Of a stretch of DNA of 64,000 nucleotides, positions 1-7,844 are shown piece after piece. Below the pieces are notes generated by a model. The model worked only from the letters and a program-made list of their open reading frames with translations, had not been told where the DNA came from and made no database searches. The stretch is from an uncultured delta proteobacterium. Lineage in GTDB: Bacteria > Desulfobacterota > Desulfobacteria > Desulfobacterales > QNYZ01. The translations under genes and the position numbers were made by a program. The stretch is taken from assembly GCA_963783425.1 (NCBI GenBank), contig CAWANO010000001.1:3375-67374 (forward strand). The letters are read 5' to 3'. The first letter of the stretch is position 1. Each line of letters starts with the position of its first letter.

Positions 1-436
1 AATTGCAAAGGCGCCTGAAACGAATTTGCAAAGCACCGCTTTCAGATAAAACCGCTGAGAACTTCAGAGATCGGCTGTCCAATGCCAAACGCGAGTACCA
101 CAGGCTTTTTGTATTTCTTGATTATCCCGATGTAGAGCCAACCAATAATCATGCGGAAAGGGCCTTGAGAAAGCTGGTGATTTTCAGAAAGATTTGTTTT
201 GGCACTCGCTCCGGACAAGGCTCTTATTGCCATAGCGTGCTTACAAGTCTGCTCTGCACTGCCATCAGACAGGGAAAAGATCCGATCGATTTTTTCCATT
301 CGCTCTTCGTATCAAATCCCGCTATTGCGCAAGCCAAACTATATAACGATTCCTCTTAATGGCCTGATCGTCACCCACCTGAACTTGTCATGACTTCGCT
401 CCAATATCAGTCTAAAAAAATGGACTAAACTGTTAC
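1..436 (+). mobile_element. IS66-family IS, copy 1 (right-hand ~436 nt only; element runs off the window edge)
   Basis: nt 3-436 align colinearly with nt 2049-2482 of the complete copy (roughly 30 substitutions counted by eye). Both end in the same 19-nt terminus AAATGGACTAAACTGTTAC (418-436). Confidence 0.85.
3..359 (+). CDS. IS66-family transposase, C-terminal fragment (5' end outside window)
   Basis: 118-aa ORF nearly identical to the last ~118 aa of the 864..2405 transposase (VFLDYPDVEPTNNHAERALRKLV motif). Confidence 0.85.
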   Translation: MQRRLKRICKAPLSDKTAENFRDRLSNAKREYHRLFVFLDYPDVEPTNNHAERALRKLVIFRKICFGTRSGQGSYCHSVLTSLLCTAIRQGKDPIDFFHSLFVSNPAIAQAKLYNDSS

Positions 437-463
437 CCCTTCCCGTAACAGTTTAGTCCATTT
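418..463. repeat. IS-IS junction: right terminal IR of copy 1 (418-436), 8-bp spacer CCCTTCCC (437-444), left terminal IR of copy 2 (445-463)
   Basis: AAATGGACTAAACTGTTAC faces its exact reverse complement GTAACAGTTTAGTCCATTT. The same 19-mer recurs at 2464-2482. Confidence 0.85.
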
Positions 464-506
464 GGGGTAAAAAATAGCGTATTATAAATTAATATGCTAT
501 TTTTAT

Positions 507-860
507 TTGACAATTGCCAAGCGTAATGATACGCTTTTTGGTAAATTTATCCGTTATCCCACCCCTTCCATTCGAACTGCTATGAGCCCAAAAATTACAC
601 ATCTCAAACAACGGCAGGCTGAACTGAAAAAACAAATTTGCGACAATCTTGATCTATTGATGGGAACCATAAATCGTTCTCCTGCCATGATGTACTATGG
701 ACTCACCACCAAGGTGGAAGGAAAGACCGTTTCTCGCTATGTGCGAAAAGCATGGGTGCCGAAGGTTAAAAAAATGACCGATCGGCATAAACGCGTGCGT
801 GCTATGATTAAAGAACTGTCCGACATTAATTGGGAACTGCTTAGGCACCAATCAGATTAG
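507..860 (+). CDS. IS-encoded small accessory protein (possibly DUF6788-like; true start may be the ATG at 582)
   Basis: Lies inside the IS and ends 3 nt before the transposase start. The basic segment ...GLTTKVEGKTVSRYVRK... resembles small proteins preceding single-ORF IS66-type transposases. Family name is from memory only. Confidence 0.5.
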   Translation: MTIAKRNDTLFGKFIRYPTPSIRTAMSPKITHLKQRQAELKKQICDNLDLLMGTINRSPAMMYYGLTTKVEGKTVSRYVRKAWVPKVKKMTDRHKRVRAMIKELSDINWELLRHQSD

Positions 861-863
861 CCT

Positions 864-2405
864 ATGGCCAAAACCTGTCGAACCAGGGCCCCCTGGGATT
901 ATAATTGCCCCTACAAGGACGATTGTCCGCACCTTCAGTGGTCTTCGACACAGTGGATTTTTTCAGAATATCAGCGTTCGTATGATGAGCATTGTGAGCA
1001 CTGGCGCATAAGGGATATATTGCAGGACGATCTGGCCCGGGCACGATCGCGCATCGAACAACTGGAACTTGAAAACGCCCAGCTCAAAGCCAAACTAAAA
1101 GCCGTTCATCATCGTCAGTTCAAGGCCAACAAGAAGACAGCACACGCCGCCGGCGATAAAAGACCGGGCAAGAAAAAGCGCGGGGCGCCTAAAGGTCATC
1201 CAGGCTGGTTGCGACCTACGCCGGACCGAGTCGATAAAACCATCGATGTCCCGGCACCGAGTCAATGCCCGCACTGCAGTTGCGATAATTTGAGCCCCGT
1301 CAGTCAGGTTAAGCAACATCTCCAGGAAGATATTATCCTGCAGCCCAGAACCCATGTTATCAACTTCAGACACCAACAGGCCTTTTGTCCTAAGTGTAAT
1401 CGGCTGGTGATCCAGCCCGGCGAAAATGAACTGCCCAATTGTCACATCGGGCCGGTCACTAAAGCCGCGGCGGTTTATTTACGCTATGGCCTGGGCCTGC
1501 CTTACCGCAAGGTGCGAAGGCTGTTTAATGATTTTTTCAACATGACATTTGTACCGGCAACGGCGCTTGCCTTCGATCGCCAGGCGGCCCGTAAAGGATC
1601 AGGCATCTATGAGGACTTGAAAGATAAACTGCAGGCGGCCGCCATCGCTTATTGCGACGAGACCTTCTGGAGACAGGACGACATCAATCACTACGTCTGG
1701 TACGGCGGCAATAACGATTTGGATCTATACCACATAGACCGACATTGCACGCAGGCTGTGGCGCAGCATCTTCTCGGTGACGATTTTGACGGCATATTGG
1801 TTGCCGATGGTTATGCCGGCTATAATGGTGTAAATCCGATTGCACGCCAATCTTGCCTGGCGCACCTGATAAGAAAAGCAAAGGAAATTAAAAACCAACT
1901 TTTGCTATGCGAAAAAAAATATCAGGATAAAAAGGCCATTGCTTTTTGTGATGAGATAGAAGAGTTGTTCAAACAAGCGTGCCAGATAGGCCAACAGATA
2001 AAAGCCAGCAAAGCCGAACGTGCCAAGGCAGGCAAATATAAACGCAAATTGCAAAGACGCCTGAAACGAATTTGCAAAGCACCGCTTTCAGATAAAAACG
2101 CTCAGAACTTCAAAGATCGGCTGTCCAATGCCGGCCGAGAGTATAATCGACTTTTTGTATTTCTCGATTATCCCGATGTGGAGCCGACCAATAATCATGC
2201 GGAAAGGGCCTTGAGAAAGCTGGTGATTTTCAGAAAGATTTGCTTTGGCACGCGCTCCGGACAAGGCTCTTATAGCCATAGTGTGCTTACAAGTCTGCTC
2301 TGCACTGCCATCAGGCAGGGAAAAGATTCGATCGATTTTTTCCATTCGCTCTTCGTATCGAATCCAGCTACTGCGCAAGCCAAACTATATCACGATTCCT
2401 CTTAA
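864..2405 (+). CDS. IS66-family transposase (513 aa)
   Basis: Leucine-zipper-like N-terminus, CPHC...CPKC zinc-finger-like region, C-terminal PTNNHAERALR motif typical of IS66 TnpC. Confidence 0.9.
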   Translation: MAKTCRTRAPWDYNCPYKDDCPHLQWSSTQWIFSEYQRSYDEHCEHWRIRDILQDDLARARSRIEQLELENAQLKAKLKAVHHRQFKANKKTAHAAGDKRPGKKKRGAPKGHPGWLRPTPDRVDKTIDVPAPSQCPHCSCDNLSPVSQVKQHLQEDIILQPRTHVINFRHQQAFCPKCNRLVIQPGENELPNCHIGPVTKAAAVYLRYGLGLPYRKVRRLFNDFFNMTFVPATALAFDRQAARKGSGIYEDLKDKLQAAAIAYCDETFWRQDDINHYVWYGGNNDLDLYHIDRHCTQAVAQHLLGDDFDGILVADGYAGYNGVNPIARQSCLAHLIRKAKEIKNQLLLCEKKYQDKKAIAFCDEIEELFKQACQIGQQIKASKAERAKAGKYKRKLQRRLKRICKAPLSDKNAQNFKDRLSNAGREYNRLFVFLDYPDVEPTNNHAERALRKLVIFRKICFGTRSGQGSYSHSVLTSLLCTAIRQGKDSIDFFHSLFVSNPATAQAKLYHDSS

Positions 2406-2587
2406 TGGCCTGATCGTCACCCACCTGAACTTGTCATGACTTCGCTCCAATGTCGGCTTAATAAAATGGACTAAACTGTTACCCACTGTTTGTCCTTGAT
2501 GCATTTCTACCCAACGAGCGTCCTTGGCGCCAAGAGGCAGATCATAAAGGGTGGCCGATTCTTCAGGCTTCCGTATCGTATCTGGTT

Positions 2588-3019
2588 TTACCGGCGCAGG
2601 CAGTTCTTGCAGATGCCGTCGACCCGAACCTCCACCTTGTCGATCTGGCCGGCATAATTCTTCCAGAGCGGGTCGGCATCGACGTTGAGGCTCTGAGGGT
2701 CCAGGCAATCCATCTGGCCGCAGTGTTTGCAGTAAAAATGGGGGTGAGGACGGTGGTGGGCGTTGGGCGCCAGGCCGTAGTAAAAGGCCCGCCCGCCGGT
2801 GCTTAGCCGTTCGACGATGCCATGCGCCACCAGCAGGTCGAGAATGCGGTAGACGGTGACGCGATTGATGGTGGTGGTGCGGGCCAGGATCTTAACAATA
2901 TCGCCGGCTGAAAGGGGCGACGTGTTGTTGCCCACCACTTCGAGCACGCGCAGGCGGTTGACGGTGGCCGCCAGTTTGGCCGATCGCAGCAGTTGGCTAT
3001 AGTCGCATTGGTGGCACAT
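2588..3019 (-). CDS. zur: Fur-family metalloregulator, probably Zur
   Basis: Winged-helix N-terminus. HHRPHPHFYCKHCGQ...CKNC metal-site motifs. Last gene of the znu operon. Confidence 0.75.
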   Translation of the reverse strand: MCHQCDYSQLLRSAKLAATVNRLRVLEVVGNNTSPLSAGDIVKILARTTTINRVTVYRILDLLVAHGIVERLSTGGRAFYYGLAPNAHHRPHPHFYCKHCGQMDCLDPQSLNVDADPLWKNYAGQIDKVEVRVDGICKNCLRR

Positions 3020-3105
3020 GGGGGACCTTCAGTCAGTTTGCCAGTTTGCCAGTTAGTCGGTGGGGCATGAGCCGCACAGCCCGTGGGCAAACAGGCGTAT
3101 GCCGG

Positions 3106-3960
3106 TTATTGGCTGCCATTTGTGGTTCTACTTTTCCGATTTGTTATCCGGTCGATCATCAAAGATAAAAAGAACACCCCGCCGGCCACCAGGATAATGG
3201 CGGCGCCGGAGGTGAGGTTAAAGGCGTACGAGAGCCACAGCCCGCCGATGGTAAAGAGCATGCCCAGCAGGCTGGACCCCACCATCATCTGCACCAGCGT
3301 TTTGGCGTGCTTTTCCACGATAAAGGGCGGGATGGTGAGAAGCGCGATCACCAGGATCAGCCCCACGATCTGAATCACCATCACGATTGTCAAGGCCAAC
3401 AGGGCGATGAGCGCGAAATAGAGCCCATTGACGGGCACGCCCCGAATCCGGGCGAACTCCTCATCGTAGGAAAGGGCCAGTAGGTCCTGGTAGTAAAATG
3501 CCACCAGCAGGATGATCAGCATACCGATGGCCACCATCAGTATCAGGTCCGGTCCGGCCACGCTCAAGATGCTGCCGAAGAGGTAGCTCATCAGGTCCAC
3601 ATTGTAACCGGGCGTCAAATCGGTAAAGACGATACCGATGGCCATGCCAACGGCCCAAACCACCCCGATGATGGTGTCGGCCCGGTGCCGAGCGCCCAAG
3701 CTGATGGCGGCCATCACCATGGCGGCGGCCAGCGAGAAGCCCATGGTGCCGACGAAGTAGGGCCAGCCGAAAAAGAGCGACAGGCCGATGCCGCCGTAGG
3801 CCGCGTGGGCGATGCCCCCTGAAAGAAAAACGATGCGGTTGACCACCACCAGGGTACCCATGATGCCGCAGACCACACTGGCCAGCAAACCCGCCATCAG
3901 GGCGTTGCGCATGAATTCAAATTGCAGGGCTTCGATCATTTCAGTGCCTTGCCGACGCAT
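3106..3960 (-). CDS. znuB: Zinc/manganese ABC transporter permease (ABC-3 family)
   Basis: 284-aa multi-pass membrane ORF of ZnuB/MntB type between znuC and zur. Confidence 0.85.
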   Translation of the reverse strand: MRRQGTEMIEALQFEFMRNALMAGLLASVVCGIMGTLVVVNRIVFLSGGIAHAAYGGIGLSLFFGWPYFVGTMGFSLAAAMVMAAISLGARHRADTIIGVVWAVGMAIGIVFTDLTPGYNVDLMSYLFGSILSVAGPDLILMVAIGMLIILLVAFYYQDLLALSYDEEFARIRGVPVNGLYFALIALLALTIVMVIQIVGLILVIALLTIPPFIVEKHAKTLVQMMVGSSLLGMLFTIGGLWLSYAFNLTSGAAIILVAGGVFFLSLMIDRITNRKSRTTNGSQ

Positions 3961-3987
3961 TATAAGGTCGACGGTTGCGCCGTTGCG

Positions 3988-4758
3988 TCAGTGATTTTTC
4001 AAGACCCGGTGGGGCAGGCCGTGGGCCACCAGTTCGACGGGGCACACCTCATCTTCGGCGCAGGGATACATGGTTTCGAGCATGTCGCCCGTGATTTCAG
4101 CCTGGTCGTGATAGTGCAGCTGCCTGTTGACGCATGCCACCGATTTGACGTGCCGCGAGATCACCATCAGGTCGTGGCTGACCATCACGATGGTGATGTG
4201 GCGGTTGAGCTCCTTTAGCAGCTTGAAAAAGTCCGCCTGGCCTTTAGGATCGATGCTGGCGGTGGGTTCGTCGAGCAACAGCAGTTTGGGCCGCGTTACC
4301 AGCGCGCGGGCGATAAAAACGCGCTGCAGCTGTCCGCCGGAAAGGGTGCCGATTTTTTTTTCGGCATGGCCTGTCATAGCCAACCGTTCGAGGGTCTGCA
4401 GGGCCTCGTGCCGGTTGTCGGCTGATTTTGCGGCCCAGCGCCGTTTGGGTTCGCGCATGCCCATCAAGACCACGTCCAGGGCGGTGATCGGAAAACGGTG
4501 GTTAATGTGCACATCCTGGGGCACATAGCCTATGGATGCCGATGCCTCCCGGGCCGGCCGGCCATCGATACGCACGACACCGGCGTCGGGTGTCAGTAGC
4601 CCGAGCATCAATTTGAGCAAAGTGGTCTTGCCGCCGCCGTTGGGGCCGATCATGGCGGTGAAGTCACTCGGTAAAATGTCGAGATTGACCTGGTCGAGCA
4701 CCGTTTCGCCGTTGTAGGCGAAGCTCAGGTTTCGTATTTCGATGATGGGCGTTGTCAT
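3988..4758 (-). CDS. znuC: Zinc ABC transporter ATP-binding protein
   Basis: Walker A GPNGGGKTT, signature LSGGQLQR, Walker B LLLLDEP. Confidence 0.9.
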   Translation of the reverse strand: MTTPIIEIRNLSFAYNGETVLDQVNLDILPSDFTAMIGPNGGGKTTLLKLMLGLLTPDAGVVRIDGRPAREASASIGYVPQDVHINHRFPITALDVVLMGMREPKRRWAAKSADNRHEALQTLERLAMTGHAEKKIGTLSGGQLQRVFIARALVTRPKLLLLDEPTASIDPKGQADFFKLLKELNRHITIVMVSHDLMVISRHVKSVACVNRQLHYHDQAEITGDMLETMYPCAEDEVCPVELVAHGLPHRVLKNH

Positions 4759-4768
4759 GGCGTTTCCA

Positions 4769-5650
4769 CTATCGCAAGGCGCGTTGCAGTTGGTGGGCCA
4801 ACTGGCGCAGGTTGGTCATCCAATCGGCCGCCAGAGGGTCGGCCATAATCACCTCCCCACCGATCTCCTTGGCGATGAGCCGGGCGCTTTTGGCGGAAAA
4901 TTGCGGCTGTGCGAAAATCACCGTAATTCCACTGGTTCGGGCCTGTTCGATCAGTGCCTGAATCTGCGCGGGCTTTGGCTTTTTGCCCTCCACCTCGATG
5001 GCGACCTGCTCAAGACCATAGGTGTCGGCCAGATAGCCCCAGGAGGGATGAAAGACCATGAAGCGCGCGCCCTGCTTGTCGCTGAAAAGCGCTTTGAGCT
5101 CGGCGTGCAGGTGATCGAGCCTGGACGTGAAATCGGCATGCCTGGCCGCGTAACTGGCCCGGTTGACCGGGTCGCTCTGCGCCAATGCCGCCGAAATGGC
5201 CTGCGCCTGCTGTTTGACCAGTGGCGGCGAGAGCCAGATGTGGGGATCATAGCCACCCGGGTAGTGGTGCGTCTCATCATGCCCATGGTGGTGACCCGCT
5301 GTCATGGGCAATTTTTCGATACCGTGGTCGGTGTGGACGACGCGCATCCCAGGGTTGGCGGCGGCCAGTTTCTCGAGCCAGGCCTCTTCAAAGGGCACGC
5401 CAATGGTGAAGTATAAGCGGGCCCTGGAGAGGGCCGCCATCTGCTGGGGCTTGGGCTCGTAGGTGTGGGGGCTGGCACCGGGCGCCACCATCACCTGAAC
5501 ATCCACCTGATCGCCGCCGATTTGTTCGACGAAATATTTTTGGGGAACGATGCTGACAAACACCACCATCGGTGCCGCGGCCGAAACGGACACGGCCAAC
5601 ACGAGCACCGCAAGGCAGACGCCAAGCGCGATCGCTTTAGTACGAATCAT
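4769..5650 (-). CDS. znuA: Periplasmic zinc-binding protein (ZnuA/TroA family); start taken at MIRTKAIAL (ORF extends to 5698)
   Basis: Signal peptide and His-rich loop GHHHGHDETHH typical of ZnuA. First gene of the operon. Confidence 0.85.
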   Translation of the reverse strand: MIRTKAIALGVCLAVLVLAVSVSAAAPMVVFVSIVPQKYFVEQIGGDQVDVQVMVAPGASPHTYEPKPQQMAALSRARLYFTIGVPFEEAWLEKLAAANPGMRVVHTDHGIEKLPMTAGHHHGHDETHHYPGGYDPHIWLSPPLVKQQAQAISAALAQSDPVNRASYAARHADFTSRLDHLHAELKALFSDKQGARFMVFHPSWGYLADTYGLEQVAIEVEGKKPKPAQIQALIEQARTSGITVIFAQPQFSAKSARLIAKEIGGEVIMADPLAADWMTNLRQLAHQLQRALR

Positions 5651-5726
5651 ATTGTCCTGTTTTCGGTAGACGTCTGTTCGCGGGGCCACTTCGTACAACT
5701 GATTTGCATCCCTGCCAGGTGATCAA

Positions 5727-5786
5727 GTTATCCACATTATAACGATGAAGACCCTAATGGGCTCTTTATACCGTAAATATAACGGT
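5727..5786. promoter_or_regulatory. Two 5-N7-5 palindromes upstream of znuA (candidate Zur operators)
   Basis: GTTAT-CCACATT-ATAAC (5727-5743) and ACCGT-AAATATA-ACGGT (5770-5786). AT-rich palindromes in the znuA leader; no consensus scoring was possible. Confidence 0.35.
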
Positions 5787-5880
5787 TTGGCAGGTGGGGT
5801 CAAGTATAATGCAACTAAATTGCACAAAGCACTCTATTCTGAAGTGATCGGCGGATGACTCCCGACGGTTCGAGTGAGGG

Positions 5881-7362
5881 TCAGTGGAGCTCGATTATAC
5901 GCTTGGCGTCAACGCCGTAGCGTTTCATGCGGTTGTAGACGGTCACGCGGGAAACCCCCAGCATCTCGGCCGCCCGGGACTGATTGCCGCCGGTCTGCTG
6001 CAAGGCCTCGACCAGTTCCTGTTTTTCGACCTCCTTTAAATTGAAGGTGCGTCGTTTGGCCGGGGGCAGGGGGCGTTTGCCCTGGTAAATGGAGTGGGGC
6101 AGGTGGTGCACGCGGATGAGCGATTCGTGGCAGGCCACGAAAGCGTATTCGAAAGCGCTCCTTAGTTCGCGCGCGTTTCCGGGCCAGTCATACTCCGTGA
6201 GCAGCTCCATGGCGCGGTTGTCGATGCCCTCGATATCTTTGCCGCTCTTGAGGCGCACGATGCGAAAGAAGGCCTCGGCCAACAGGGGGATATCCTCGGT
6301 GCGTTGGCGAAGCGGGGGCAAGTGGATGGGGATGACGTTGATGCGGTAAAAAAAGTCCTTGCGGAAGCGGCCCTCGTGCATGAGGCGGGGCAGGTCGCGA
6401 TTGGTGGCCGAAATGATGCGCACCTCCACGGGCAGCGGTGTGCTGCTGCCGACCCGTTCGATCACCTTCTCTTCGAGCACCCGCAGCAGTTTGAGCTGGG
6501 TGGCCATGGGCATGTCGCCGATCTCATCGAGGAAGATGTCGCCGCCGGAGGCTTTTTGGAAGCGCCCGACACGATCGCGGACCGCGCCGGTGAAAGCGCC
6601 CTTTACGTGGCCGAACAGCTCCGATTCCAGCAGCGACTCGGTCAGGCTGGCGCAATTGACGCGCACAAAGGGGCCGTTGTTGCGATCGCCGATTTCGTGA
6701 ATCGCCCGGCTGACAAGCTCCTTGCCCGTGCCGCTTTCGCCGTAGATGATCACCGGAGCGTCCGAAGAGGCGGCATTTTCGATCAGTTCGAATACCTGGC
6801 GCATGGCAGCGCTGATGCCGATGATGCCGTGGAATCCGTCTTTGGCGCGCAGCTCGCGGCGAAAGGCTTCTAACTGAACCTCTTTTTCGGCCAGTTCGGT
6901 AATGTCGGTGACGGTGCCCACCGCGCCGATCACCTCGCCGGTAGTGTCGCGCAGTAGTGATCCGCTCTTGATAACGTGCACCGCCCTGCCGTCTTTGTGG
7001 CGAATGATGCACTTGCAGGTCTTCATCTGGCCGAAACGGAACAGGTCGCACCAGTAGCCGTCTTCGCGGTCCAGGGCCCGGGTGCAGGTATCGCATTCCA
7101 GCAGGTCACAGGCATGGCCGAGCATCTCCTCCAGGCTGTAACCGGTAATGTGCTCCATGGCTCGGTTGACCGAGACGATGGCGCCCTGGTTGTCGACAAT
7201 CATGATGCCGTCGTGGATGGTGTTGACCACCGTTTTCCAGTAGCGATCCAGTTCCTGGAGATGCATTTTCCTGTCCAGTGCGTGCGGGGCGGTAGGTTGC
7301 CACCCGTAGCGTTGAGTCCCATCGGTAATTATGTCCAAGGTGTCAACTGTAAAGGGGCCCAC
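5881..7362 (-). CDS. Sigma-54-dependent transcriptional activator (PAS sensor - AAA+ - Fis-type HTH)
   Basis: Walker A GESGTGKE, GAFTGA motif (HVKGAFTGAV), C-terminal HTH ...AAEMLGVSRVTVYNRMKR. The start codon may be an internal Met. Confidence 0.9.
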   Translation of the reverse strand: MGPFTVDTLDIITDGTQRYGWQPTAPHALDRKMHLQELDRYWKTVVNTIHDGIMIVDNQGAIVSVNRAMEHITGYSLEEMLGHACDLLECDTCTRALDREDGYWCDLFRFGQMKTCKCIIRHKDGRAVHVIKSGSLLRDTTGEVIGAVGTVTDITELAEKEVQLEAFRRELRAKDGFHGIIGISAAMRQVFELIENAASSDAPVIIYGESGTGKELVSRAIHEIGDRNNGPFVRVNCASLTESLLESELFGHVKGAFTGAVRDRVGRFQKASGGDIFLDEIGDMPMATQLKLLRVLEEKVIERVGSSTPLPVEVRIISATNRDLPRLMHEGRFRKDFFYRINVIPIHLPPLRQRTEDIPLLAEAFFRIVRLKSGKDIEGIDNRAMELLTEYDWPGNARELRSAFEYAFVACHESLIRVHHLPHSIYQGKRPLPPAKRRTFNLKEVEKQELVEALQQTGGNQSRAAEMLGVSRVTVYNRMKRYGVDAKRIIELH

Positions 7363-7511
7363 CGCCCACTTTTAACACCTGTAAAAGCGATATACCTTAA
7401 CAATTTAACACTTGTTCGGCAAGAAAATTTGATTCTGATCGCGGCCTTAACCCTCCTAACCATTTATAATCATATTTAAAACCACATATTCGACCATCAA
7501 GCCACGCAGAT

Positions 7512-7527
7512 TGGCCCGGGATTTGCT
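7512..7527 (+). promoter_or_regulatory. Sigma-54 (-24/-12) promoter
   Basis: TGGCCCGGGATTTGCT. GG and GC are spaced exactly as in the consensus TGGCAC-N5-TTGC. It sits 39 nt upstream of the GTG at 7566, and GAAGGAGAG lies in between as the RBS. Confidence 0.7.
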
Positions 7528-7565
7528 TATTGGTCGGTTAAGTTGAAAGAAGGAGAGCTTCCACG

Positions 7566-7826
7566 GTGAAAGACAAAGCGGATTACTCACTGGATGTGCG
7601 CGGAACCATCTCCCCGTTTTCGTTGCTGAAGGTGTCGCTGGTGTTTCAGAAGATGGCGCCCCACGAGATTGTGGAGATTCTGGGCTGCGATCGGGAGATG
7701 CAGCGCGACCTGCTGCGGGTATTGCCAAGGGATAGCTGTGAAGTGGTCCCTAACGACCGACCGGAGAAGGACCCGGAGATGGTGAGAATCTGGCTGAAAA
7801 AACGGGGTGTCGTCACCGCACCCTAG
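7566..7826 (+). CDS. TusA/SirA-like small protein lacking the canonical CPxP cysteine (GTG start)
   Basis: LDVRGTISPFSLLK aligns to the TusA motif LDxxGLxCPxPxL, with Ser in place of Cys. Other cysteines occur in LGCDRE and DSCEVV. Confidence 0.6.
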   Translation: MKDKADYSLDVRGTISPFSLLKVSLVFQKMAPHEIVEILGCDREMQRDLLRVLPRDSCEVVPNDRPEKDPEMVRIWLKKRGVVTAP

Positions 7827-7844
7827 CTTACAAAGGATGGATCA

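Larger units (their letters stand above)
445..2482 (+). mobile_element. IS66-family IS, copy 2, complete (2038 bp), 19-bp perfect terminal inverted repeats
   Basis: IRL at 445-463; IRR at 2464-2482 is its reverse complement. Carries a small ORF plus a 513-aa transposase. Confidence 0.85.

Noticed and set aside
5728-5736. Perfect DnaA-box 9-mer TTATCCACA upstream of znuA.
   Set aside because: It is a single isolated box embedded in the candidate Zur palindrome. There is no cluster of boxes, AT-rich unwinding element or dnaA/dnaN context, so chance is the likely explanation.
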